A stretch of 64,000 nucleotides of DNA from an uncultured Actinomycetota bacterium (GTDB lineage Bacteria > Actinomycetota > Actinomycetes > JAFAQI01). The position numbers and the translations under genes are program-made. The stretch spans positions 192,001 through 256,000 of the forward strand of contig CAVYQE010000001.1 of the NCBI GenBank assembly GCA_963770565.1, read 5' to 3'. The notes under the pieces were generated by a model. It made no database searches and was not told where the DNA came from. It saw only the letters and a program-made list of their open reading frames with translations. Shown here one piece after another: positions 32,577 to 43,570 of the stretch (its first letter is position 1; each line of letters opens with the position of its first letter).

Positions 32577-34843
32577 GTGCCTACACTTGCCGACAGTCTG
32601 CTCTCCAGTTCCGCCCGCCCGCTGGGATTGCGGATGCGGCCGGACCTGACGGCGCATCAGCAGCGCTATCAAGGGCGGCTCTATTGGGTGCTCAAGGATC
32701 CGATCGGGCTGAACTATTTCCGCTTTCAGGAGGAAGAGTTCGCCCTGTTGAAAATGCTCGACGGCCAATCGAGCCTGGACGATCTCAAGCGGGGCTTCGA
32801 GGAGCTGTTCGCCCCGCAGCAAATCAGCGTCGAGGAGTTGGGGCAGTTCGTCGGCATGTTGCACCGCAGCAATCTGGTGATTGCCGACATGCCCGGCCAG
32901 GGTCGGCAACTGCTCAAGCGGCGCGGCGAGCGGAAGTGGCAGGAGTTTCTCGCGGCGATCTCGAATGTGCTGGCCGTTCGCTTCAAGGGGATCGATCCCG
33001 AGCGGATCTTGAATTGGCTCTATCCGCAAGCTGTGGTGGTTTTTCACGCGCACGGCGGTGGTGATCTGTTGCCTGTTGGCCCTGTCGGCGCTCTCGCTGG
33101 TGACGGTGCAGTTCGACCTGTTCTGGTCGAAGCTGCCGAGCTTCCACCAATTCTTCGCCGGGGAAACTGGCTCTGGCTGGCCGTGGCCGTGGCCGTGACC
33201 AAGATTTGCCATGAATTCGGGCACGGGCTGAGCTGCAAGCATTTCGGGGGCGAATGCCATGAATTGGGCTTCATGCTGCTCGTATTGACCCCTTGCTTGT
33301 ATTGCAACGTGTCGGACTCCTGGATGCTGCCGAACAAATGGCATCGGGCGGCGATCGGCGTGGCGGGGATGTATGTCGAGCTGGTGATTGCGTCGCTGGC
33401 CACCTTCGTCTGGTGGTTCAGCCAGCCGGGGTTCGAAAACGAAATGGCCCTGAACGTGATGTTCGTCTGCTCGGTGAGCACGGTGATCTTCAACGCCAAT
33501 CCGCTGTTGCGCTACGACGGCTATTACATCCTCGCCGACATCACCGAGATTCCCAATCTGCGGCAAAAGGCCACCACGATCCTGAGCCGCACGCTGGGCA
33601 CCTGGTGCCTGGGCATGGACGAGCCGGAAGACCCGTTCCTGCCGCAACGCAATCAGGTGTTCTTCGCGTTGTATTCGGTCGCCTCGGCCCTCTATACTTG
33701 GTTTATCACCTTCTCGATTCTGATCTTCCTGCAAAAAGTGTTCGAGCCGTATGGCTTGCAGGTCATCGGGCAGATCATCGGCATGGCGGCGATCGGCGGC
33801 CTCGTGATCCGGCCGCTCTGGCAGCTTGGCAATTACTTCTGGGTTCCCGGACGGTTGGAACAAGTGAAAAAAGAACGATTCCGAATCACGGTGGCGGTGG
33901 TCGGCGCGGCGATCCTGGCGTTTCTGTTTCTGCCGCTGCCCTATCACATCATTTGCACGCTCGACGTCGAAGCTCAGGACGCCAAAAAGGTGTTCGTCGA
34001 GGTGCCCGGCTCGTTGGTCGAGTTGTGCGTTCATGCCGGGCAACACGTCGAGCAGGGCCAAGTGCTGGCCCGGCTGCGGAATATGGACATCAAGCTCGCG
34101 GTGGCCGATCTCACCGCCCGCCGCGATCAATTGCAATCGCAATTGCAAAGCCTCGAAGCGCGAACGGCACGACGATCCGCAAACGGGGCTCGAGATTCCG
34201 CACGTGCTGGACTCGCTCTCCGCCGTGACCGATCAATTGGCCGACAAGCAGCGCGACTTGGCCGACCTCGAGCTGCGGGCCCCCATCGCCGGGTTCGTCA
34301 TTCCGCCCGAGCCCGTGCCCGCCCAGCCGCACAACCGCGGAAACGAGCGGCTGCCAACCTGGTCGGGCACGCCGCTGGAAACGAAAAACATCGGCGCCTA
34401 TTTGAAGCCCGGCGTCACCTTCTGCCAAATCGGCGATCCCAAGAAGATGCAAGCCAACTTGGTGATCGATCAATCCGACATCAACTTGGTCGTGGCCCGC
34501 AATGGAAAAAAGCCCGGCTCGGCCGTCGTCGTCAAGCTCGATGAACTCCCGAGCGACACTTTCAAGACGGAAATCGTCGCCATTTCGAATTACGAGCTGC
34601 AAGCCAGCCCGCGCGAGCTGAGCCACAAGACGGGCGGCGATCTGCAAACGAAAACCGACCCGACCTCGGGCGTCGAGCGCCCTCTGAATGCCTCCTATCA
34701 GGCGCATCGCTCCGCTCGACAACGATCAAGAACTGCTCGTCGTCGGCCTCCGCGGGCGAGCACGGGTCGCATCGCATCATTGGATCAGCCTCGGCAACCG
34801 CGTCTGGCGGTGGTTCGGCCAGACGTTCCATTTCCGAATCTGA
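32577..34843 (+). CDS. M50 (site-2) peptidase-like domain fused to HlyD adaptor, frameshifted
   Basis: WVLKDPIGLNYFRF, HEFGH zinc motif, NANPLLRYDGYYIL, C-terminal barrel-sandwich hybrid region. Confidence 0.88.
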
Positions 34844-35075
34844 GCCTGGCAGCTTACGCATTTCCCCCGCCTTTTCAGGATTGCGAACAATCTCGCGCGG
34901 ATTTTCCTGGCGCGGAAGATCGAATCAACTGGGCAGGTCCGGTTTGCCGATCAAGGGGACTGGATAAACTTTGAGGTCGCCCGGCACGGCCGACCGGCAT
35001 GGATGGCCGGCATCGCCGCCTGGCATGGATGGCCGCCCGGCATGGATGGCCGCCCGGCATGGATGGCCGCGCGGT

Positions 35076-36625
35076 ATGGCGGACGAAACGCCGTTTCGCG
35101 GCGGCCGGACTAGTCTCGGGCAGCGCCGCCGCGCCGCCTCGATTTGCGCTTTCGAAGGTCATCGCCGATGCCCCGTCGCCATGACTCGCCCGCCAACCGG
35201 ACCGCTGCCAAAGGCAACGATCGGTCCGCTACCAACGGCGCAGACCGGCCGGCAGCCAGCGGCGCAGACCGGCCCGCTGCCAAACTCCAGACGCGGATCG
35301 ATCCGCCCCACCGATTGGCCGCGGTGCCCGAACCGATCGACGTTGTCCGCAACGAGCCGGTCGAGATCGTCGGCGCGAGCGAACCGACGCCAAATGCAGC
35401 GGCGCCGAGGGAAGCGCTGCCGCCCGAGACGGCGCTCGACAACCAGGCGGCCAATGAGTCGGCGGCCGGCGGCGCATCGGCCCCGCGGGCGGCCGAACAG
35501 CGTCAGCTTCAGGCGGAACAACTGGCGGCCTATTTGCAGGCCCAGCAGGAGCAACTCGATCGCCGCGAGGCCGATCTGCATGCCCAAACGGCCCAGCAGG
35601 AAAACGGCGCCCGCGGCGCGCGGCTCTGGTTTCGCGAGCGTCAACAAGAGCTTTCCGAGCGCGAAGCGGACCTCGTTCGCCGCGAGCGCGAGTTCGACGA
35701 AAGCGGCGGCAAGACCTCGCGCAAGGCGAGACCCGCCTGGCCGAGCGCGCGACGCGGCCCAAGCCGATGAGCGGCGGCAACAGGAAACCTCGCCGCCCGG
35801 CAGCGCGAGCTGGACGGGCGGCAAAAGGCCCTCGATGGGCAAGATGCGGAAAATGCCGCGATTGCCGCCGCGCTGGCCCGTTCGGCAGCCGAGCAAGAGC
35901 AATTCAACGACCGCCTCCGCGCACGCCAGCGGAATCTCGAAGAGGCGGAGATATTGCTCGCCGACGGCCAAGCGGAACTCGAAGAAAATCGCCGCCGCTT
36001 GGAGGCCGACCGGCTCGACGCCCAGCAGCGCACCGCCGCCGAGCGGCAAGCCGCGGCCGCAGCCCAAGCGCGAATCGAAGCCGACTGGGAAAAGCGATCG
36101 CATGTGATCAAAAGTCGGGCCGAGCATCTCGAACGCCGGGCGGCGGCCCTCGATCAACTCCGCGTCGAGGTGCTGCGCACTCAACGCGAGACGCTCGAAT
36201 TGCGGCTGGCCACCGATGAACTCTGGGCCCAGATGATCGGCGCCGCTCCCCCCGCCGCGCTGAGCCAATCGCTGGCCCGCATCCGCGGCCAGCTTGCCGA
36301 GCAATATCAGGCGGAGCGGGCCGAAATCGCCGGCCGGCAACAGGGCCTGGAAATGGCCGCCGCCCGCCTCGACGAACAACGCCAGCGGCTGGCCCAGCAG
36401 AAGCACGAGCTCGAGAAATGGGCCGCCGATCGGCAGGCCGACGTCGCGGGCCAAGCCGCGCGGCTGGCCGCCCGCGAACAGCAACTCGATCGGCAGCAAG
36501 CCGAATGGGAGCGGCTGCGCTGGCAGCACGCCACCGATCGGCGTGCCTACGAGCAGGAAATCCGCCGCTTGCTGGGCCAATTGCGCCGCGAAAGCGGCCC
36601 CGACTCGGCCCCCCGCGCCGCGTAG
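35076..36625 (+). CDS. Hypothetical long coiled-coil protein, frameshifted
   Basis: Q/E/R/A-rich heptads (QLAAYLQAQQEQLDRREADL; LEMAAARLDEQRQRL); start approximate. Confidence 0.6.
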
Positions 36626-36724
36626 CAGGCGCCAAGCCCCGACGCGACGACTTCCTCGCTAGCGCGTCGGGCTAGTGTCCGAGGCACTCCGGTGTTCAGG
36701 CCTGCATTTTCATCAGTGCCGTCG

Positions 36725-37271
36725 TCAGCCGCGCGCCAGCTTCTTGATGGCCGCTTGCAGACCAGGATCCTTCAAACTCCCGTCCGGCTCGAAGGCTTCA
36801 TGAGCCTTCGCGATCGCCACCTGATCCGGCAGGATAAAGACGCCGATATTGCCCAAAATCGCCCGCACGTGAACCAGCCCGCGCAAGCCTCCCAAGCCGC
36901 TGGGCGAAGCGCTCATCAAGACCGCCAGCTTGTCCGTAAAGCAATTCAGCGGCGGCTGATCGGGAACCGGCCGCGACACCCAATCGATCAGATTTTTCAA
37001 CGCGGACGAGATCGAGCTGTTATGCTCGGGCGACGAAATCATCAAGCCCTGGTGGGCCAGAAAAATGTCTTTGAGCGTTCGGGCATTGGCGGGCAATCCC
37101 TCGGCCGCCTCCAGATCGCCGTCGTACAGAGGCAACGGATAATCGCGCAGGTTGACGATCGTCACTTCCGCACCCGCCTCGCGTGCCGGCGGCCGCGATC
37201 CGCACGAGTCTCTTGTTGAACGATTGCGTCCGCGCGCTGCCGGCGATAGCGAGGATTTTCGGCGTGGCCAT
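36725..37271 (-). CDS. NADPH-dependent FMN reductase, frameshifted
   Basis: ILAIAGSARTQSFNKRL, LPLYDGDLE, SPEHNSSISSALKNLIDWVSR, SPSGLGGLRG. Confidence 0.92.
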
Positions 37272-37463
37272 GAATGGTCTCGGGCTGGGTTAGCGATGTC
37301 AGCTTCGACGCCGTGTTTCAGTTTCACGGCTTTGCCGCCAAAATGCAATACGCTTGGCGGGACGGAGTCGCTCCGAAACGCGACGCGCCGTAGGGCGGCT
37401 CTCCCGAGCCGCCCGAGCCGTAGCATGGCTCTCCCGCATTGCATCGACCATGAAAGCGCACAT

Positions 37464-37598
37464 GAGGAGCCTGTCCAAGAACCAACCGTGGCGAGGGGGA
37501 TGCTCGTCGTGAAAGGGGTCGGGAGTCGATTTCGCCGGCTGAACGACCTGGAGCGCGAACCGGCGTCATGGCCAAATCGACTCCCGACCCCTTTTGGC
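37464..37598. mobile_element. Partial AGGAGCCTGTCC-family MITE nested between REP palindromes
   Basis: aggagcctgtccaagaacc ... ggggtcgggagtcgatttcgcc ... aaatcgactcccgacccc. Confidence 0.7.
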
Positions 37599-37702
37599 AT
37601 GCGTCGAGTTTAACCGCATTTCCGGAGCTATTCCGCTCCAAGGTGCGCTGTCGCACTGCAAGACGGCTCGGGAGAGCCGTCCTACAATCGAGTGCCGCTG
37701 CG

Positions 37703-39217
37703 TCATGGCGATCGTGACGACGCGGTCACCGGCATCCGCCGATAAAGGCGATAGCGCGACATCGCGGTCGGCACCTCCACATATCCGGACGGAAACGTTC
37801 GCGCATCGGCCCGCCCGACGAGATAGAGCTGCGGCTGGGGGATGCTCTCCGCGCCGAGGAAATCCCAGCGGGCCAGATAGTTTTTCAGCGGATAGTCGGT
37901 CGCCAAATCCTCGGTGAGCGCGACGAATCCCGATTTCGGAAAGATCCGGCCCAAAACGAGCACGTCGTGATACACGTCCTTGTCGCGGCGCGGCCGGCCG
38001 GCGAACAGACACGATGCGAGGGCCAGCAAAGCCACTGCCGCCGCCGACCCGACGCGGAGCGATCGATGCCGCCGACCGATCGCGGGCTGCCCGTCGCGCG
38101 CCGCCAACAACTCGACAACCGCCGGGCGCACCAGGCCGCCAGCGCGAGCATATAGAAAGGATACGAGGGGAATGCGTAGTGCCCCGATTGCTTCGGACTG
38201 ACTATGATCGGCATCGAAGCGCAAAGCCCCATCGCCAGGCCGAACAAGATCAGGCCGCGATCCCCCCGCGGCGGCGCGGCCGATTCCGCCGGCGCCGTCG
38301 ATTCGCCGCGAACATCATTGCGGCGGCTCAACCACATCAAAGCGGCGGCCACCGCGGCGGGAAAGAGCAACTCCGTGGCGACCTTCCAAACGATTGCCAA
38401 GCGGCCCAGCAGCGAGCCGACCATCTCGCGCTGGCCGCGCAAGCTGGCGAGCAGTTGCACATGCAGATATCGATCGAAATACGCCCACGCCCCAGGTAGC
38501 CGGCAGATCGCGAATAGCGCCCCGGCGACCAGCGCCGCCAGCGCCGCGCATTGCGCAACCGCCCGGCCGACCGGCTGATTCCGCAATGCCCACCAAGCGA
38601 CCAGCGGAGTGACCAACGGATAGAGCCCGACCGGTCCCTTGCTGAGCACGGCCGCCGCCACGGCAGCCGCCGCGGCCATCACCCAAGCCGGCGCCGGCGC
38701 CCCCCCTCGCCGGCCCGCAGCAACGCATACACGGCCGCGACCGCAAACAGCCCCAGCGTGTTTTCCAACATGTTGTTGCCATACATCCAGCCCCAGCCGG
38801 GCAGGATCACCCACAAAGCGACCGGCAGCCAATCACACTCCGCCAGACCCTCTCGCCCGCGCACCAATCGCCGCCAGACCGCTGCAATCAGCCCGGCCGT
38901 TATCAGGCCGGTCGCCGCGGAGAACAGCTTTTCGACCCAAAAATGATCGCCGAAAATGCGGAAGAAAAACGATTCGAGCAGGAATCCCAGCGTCGGCTGC
39001 TCGTGATAGCCGGAGTAATCCGTCGCCAAGAAGACAGGATGCCAAACGTCGCCGATCCCCAGCGCCATGTTGGCGCGATCGTCGCATGGGTCACGCCGTC
39101 GAAAAACATGCCCGGCTGCACCAGCCCCGGCAACAGGCGAAACGCGATCAACGCGACCGTCAGCAGCCAACCGGTGACAACCAGCGGCGCGCGGCGAGAA
39201 CGTGAAAGAGCAGCCAT
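37703..39217 (-). CDS. ArnT/PMT-like (GT-C fold) membrane glycosyltransferase, frameshifted
   Basis: PGMFFDGVTHATIA, YHEQPTLGF, multiple TM segments, LSKGPVGLYPL, SPKQSGHYAFP. Confidence 0.75.
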
Positions 39218-39452
39218 CCCCGGAAATCCTTTTCCAACAGGCCCTGGCCGCTTTGTCTTCGGCGGCACGCGAGCCGGGATTATCGGGCCCAGCGGCAGAG
39301 CGGGTCAAGATGAATCGGAGGAATCCCCCCACCGGACGACTCGACAAATCGCCGGCTCGGGCTCGTCTTTCCGGAAACGGCGTTGGATGGCTATCATAAA
39401 GAGCACGAGTTCGAACCTCCCAACCATGGCTTCCCGAACACGCGGCCCGCGC

Positions 39453-39968
39453 ATGGCGTTGCTCATCGACGGATACAATCTGCTCAATGCGGTCAGCATT
39501 CTGGGACGCGGCCGCGGTCCGGGCGGACTGCAACGCGCGCGGGAAGCGATGCTCAATGTCTTGGCCGAGTCGATCCCACCCGACGAGGTGCCACGAACCA
39601 TCGTCGTGTTCGACGCTTCGGAATCGCCCTGGGGCTCGGCCAGGGCGCTGCTGCACAAAGGGCTCCGCGTCCAATTCGCCCCGCGACGCCGATGCCGATA
39701 CCCTGATCGAGGAATTGATCCTCGCCGATTCGGCCCCCAAGCGGCTGACGGTCGTTTCCAGCGACCACCGGTTGCAACGGGCCGCCCATCGCCGCAAAGC
39801 CACCGCGGTGGACAGCGACATCTGGTTCGCCCAACTCATGCGCGACCGCCACGCGCGCTCGATGCGCAACCCGAGACGAACGTCAAACCCGAAGGCCCCT
39901 TCTCCCCCGGCGAAGTCGAATTCTGGCTGAAACAATTCGGCGCAGGAGGAGGAGTAGCCGCAGCCTAG
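39453..39968 (+). CDS. NYN-domain (YacP/Rae1-like) protein, frameshifted
   Basis: LLIDGYNLL, IVVFDA, ADTLIEELI, VVSSDHRLQRAA. Confidence 0.88.
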   Translation: MALLIDGYNLLNAVSILGRGRGPGGLQRAREAMLNVLAESIPPDEVPRTIVVFDASESPWGSARALLHKGLRVQFAPRRRCRYPDRGIDPRRFGPQAADGRFQRPPVATGRPSPQSHRGGQRHLVRPTHARPPRALDAQPETNVKPEGPFSPGEVEFWLKQFGAGGGVAAA

Positions 39969-40148
39969 GCTGTGAAAAATGCTCGATTCGTTGCGCAGTG
40001 CTCGCACAATTCCGACTCCGAGGTGGCACGAAATTCATCCCGATAGGGATGGCAGACATTAGCCGGCGGTTGAGGCCGCAGGCCGACACCGCCGGTATCG
40101 GAACGCGAAAACTTTTCTTCGACCCCGGTAGGGGTCGCAGAGCGCTAC
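39966..40148. mobile_element. TAGGCTGTG-family MITE end plus the REP-like module shared with the 600-bp repeats
   Basis: taggctgtgaaaaatgctcg; atcccgatagggatggcagacattagccggcggtt...acaccgccggt...cgaccccggtaggggtcgcag. Confidence 0.65.
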
Positions 40149-40182
40149 TACGCGATGTTGCCGGCAGGTTCTCGGATTGGCT

Positions 40183-41478
40183 CTAAACGAATTTCGCCAG
40201 CGCCTTGTCGGAAATATCCTTCCGGCACCAGGCGCCGTCCCAGCGGATTGGCTTGACGGCCGTGTAGGCGTGGAGCTTGGCGGCCGAGATCGTCGTGCCC
40301 AGCGCCGTCACGGCCAGCACGCGGCCGCCGTTGGTGACGACCTGGCCGTCGAGCCGTGCGCCGTGCCGGCGTGAAACACCTTGACGTCGGGCAGCCTTGG
40401 CCGCTTCGTCCAGCCCGCGAATCGGCTTGCCCGCGCTCGTATTTGCCGGGATAGCCCTCGCTGGCCATGACGACGCACACCGCCGGACGCGGATCCCATT
40501 CCGGCGGCGTCGATCGATCGAGCCGCCCGTCGACCGTCGCCTCCAGCACATCGAGCAGGTCGCTCTTCAACCGCATCAAGAGCGGCTGGCACTCGGGATC
40601 GCCGAAACGCACGTTGTATTCCAGCACCTTCGGCCCTTGATTGGTCATCATCAGCCCGGCATAGAGCACGCCGCGGAACGGCCGCCGCGACCGCTTCATC
40701 GCATGAACGGTCGGCACCAGCACGTGCTCTTCGATCCGGCGCAGCATCGGCGTCGTCGACCAGCGGCGTCGGGCAATAGGCGCCCATGCCGCCGGTGTTC
40801 GGACCGGTGTCGCCGTCGAAGGCCGTCTTGTGATCCTGGGCCGGCGGGCAGCGTGACGATCGTCTGGCCGTCGGTGATCGCCAGCACGCTGGCTTCCTGC
40901 GCCGTCGAGCCGCTCTTCGATCACGATCTGGTTGCCGGCGTCGCCGAACTCGCGGTCGCGGCCGATGCGCTCGACGGCCTCCAGCGCCTCGGCGCGGCCC
41001 GAGCAAACGATCACGCCCTTGCCGGCCGCCAGGCCGTCGGCCTTGACGACCACCGGCACGTCCTCGCGATCGTTGACGAAACGTGACGGCGCGGTCCGCG
41101 TCGCGAAACACGCTGATAGTCGGCCGTCGGCACGTCGGCATGCCGCAGCAGGTTCTTGCAAAAGACCTTGCTCCCTTCCAGTTCGGCGGCGGCCTTGCTC
41201 GGGCCGAAAACGCGCAGCTTCTCCGCGGCAAAGGCATCGACGATGCCCGCCGTCAGCGGCGCCTCGGGCCCGACGACGGTCAGGCCGACCTTGTTTTGCT
41301 TGGCGAACTTGATGAGCCGCGGAAAGTCGGTCGGCGGCAGATGTCGACATTCTCGGCGTCGGCTGCCGTGCCCGCGTTGCCCGGCGCGACGAAAACGCGC
41401 TCGACCCGCGGGCTTGGCCTTGAATTTCCAAGCCAGCGCATGCTCGCGCCCGCCGCTGCCGATCACAAGCACGTTCAT
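40183..41478 (-). CDS. purD: Phosphoribosylamine--glycine ligase, frameshifted
   Basis: [71 protein letters not shown]. Confidence 0.96.
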
Positions 41479-41759
41479 GGTTGTTCGCCCCCAGGAGTCG
41501 AAAAACGAAACAGATCACGCCGGCCCCGGCAGCATTCGTGCCCGCCCCGACGCCGCCACGCGAAACGATGCCGAACGCGCGACCCTCGATCGACGCCACG
41601 CCGCGGGCCGATCGGCCGCAAACCGAACCCGCAAAACCCTCCTCATTCTTCCCGCGGCACGCCATTTTGGCAATGACAGCTTTGACGAGGGCGTGGCAAG
41701 TCTGCTTGGCGCGGGTCGTGCCACTGCTTGGCGGCTGCCATCGGCGGCCATGTTCCACC

Positions 41760-42094
41760 AGAAATCACGGCCGCCGCGCGGGGCTCCTCGCCGCGAAAGG
41801 GGTCGGGAGTCGATTTCGCCCGCTGAACGATCCATAGTGCGAACCGACATCATGGCGAAATCGACTCCCGATCCCCTTTGGGCAACGCCGCCGGAAGATA
41901 AGCCGGTTCTCGAACAGGCTCTTAGGAGCCTGTCCGAGAACCGGCCAAAATCTCCATACTAGCCCGACGCGCTAGCGAGGGCGTATCGGCGACGACTCCC
42001 TCGCTGGCGCATTGGGCTAGTATGCGCCGAAATCGACTCCCGACCCCCTTTAGGCAACGCCCCCGGAAGATAAGCCGGTTCTCGAACAGGCTCC
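41760..42094. mobile_element. Two tandem AGGAGCCTGTCC-family MITEs
   Basis: Second copy 41923-42094 has TIRs aggagcctgtccgagaaccgg / ccggttctcgaacaggctcct. Confidence 0.75.
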
Positions 42095-42151
42095 TGGGGC
42101 ATCGACAACCGCGGCCCTGCAAGCAATGGCACGAACTGCCGAGACTGCGAT

Positions 42152-43203
42152 TCACTGCATCGCATGGATCGCCGCCACGACTTCATCGCGCGCTTGGCCG
42201 AGCTTCGCCCCGTCGAACTCGCAACAGCGGCCCGCGCCATTGCTCGGCGATCAAGCCGCGCAATAGCTCCCCTCGGCGGCCGGCGGTCCCGGCAGCGGCG
42301 ATTCCGGCCTCATCGGCCGACGGCGGACGCTAGGCATCAACGACATGATCGACACCGGCGCGGTTCCCGGCGGGTCGATGACCACGAGCAATTTCGGCTC
42401 GGAAACCGACGTCGCCAATTCGCGGAACCGATCGACCCATTCTCGTATCCGCTCGACGCCGCCCATCAGCGGAATGCCCACTTCGCCAAACCAGTAATCG
42501 CTGATCACCATGAATGCGTCCGACGTCCAGCCCATCATGCCGATCGGGTGCGCCCGCCGCTCCAGCAGATCGACCGGATTCTGGCCGGATCGCCTGAAAT
42601 GCTCGGCGATCGAACCGAAATCCAAGTCGAACGGCTCGGGGGCGCAAATCGCCGCCCCGCCACCGCCGCGGCCACGGCGGTCGCCAAGGCGGTTCGCTCG
42701 GCGGCCCTCACGCCCGTAACCGCCGCGACATACGGCCCTCTCGTGCGGACTCGCCTGCACAGCTCGTCGATCGTCGCTCCGATCGTCGGATGCATCATGC
42801 CGGGGGCGATCTCCGCGGCCGGCTCGAGCACAAAGCGGCGGAACGACATCCGCGGGTGGGGCACGACGAGATTCGGTGTGTCGATCACTTCCTGTTCGTA
42901 GAGGAGCAAGTCGAGATCGAGCGTTCGCGGCCCCCACCGCTCGTCGCGGGTTCGCCCGGCGGCGGCCTCGATCTGCTCGAGCGCGGCGAACAGCGCCTCG
43001 GGCGCGAGCGACGTGTCGACGCGCACCGCGCCATTGAGAAACTCCCCTTGCCCCGCCGACCCGCCGACGGGCCGCGTGGCTCGCCAGGAACTTCGGCACA
43101 CGAAACGGCTCTCCGGCAGCAACCTCAACCGCGCGACGGCCTCGCCGAGCGTCCGCGCGCGGTCGCCGAGATTCGAGCCCAAAGCAATCAGCGCGGCGGC
43201 CAT
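42152..43203 (-). CDS. folK: 2-amino-4-hydroxy-6-hydroxymethyldihydropteridine pyrophosphokinase with C-terminal extension, frameshifted
   Basis: IALGSNLGDR, FLNGAV, RWGPRTLDLDLLLY, VPHPRMSFRRFVLEP; likely ends DEVVAAIHAMQ*. Confidence 0.92.
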
Positions 43204-43264
43204 AACAAGCAATGGCGAGAGGTGAAACGAGCAAACCCAGCCGCTTGAGTCTACCGCGCACCCC

Positions 43265-43570
43265 CCGCCCCCCGCGACGCCCCACCCCGCGCTCCGCTCT
43301 CTGCTCTCCGCTCTTCGCTCTTCGCTCTCGGCCGTGCCGCCCGCCAATGTAGCCGGCACGCTCCGCCGTGCCGCAGCCAATGTAGCAGCCACGCTTCGCC
43401 GTGCGCCCGCTAGCTCAATGTAGCAGCCACGCTCCGCCGTGCCGTAGCCAATGTAGCAGCCACACTCCGCCGTGCCGCCCGCCCCTCTCCGCTCTCCGCT
43501 CTCTGCTCTCCGCTCCTTCCTATCGATCGATCCATGCCGCCAAAGCTTCACACCTTCGCACCTTCGCACC
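43265..43570. repeat. Heptamer repeats flanking four ~33-bp tandem units (aatgtagc..cacgctccgccgtgc)
   Basis: Directly visible between the folK start and the CRISPR trailer. Confidence 0.8.
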
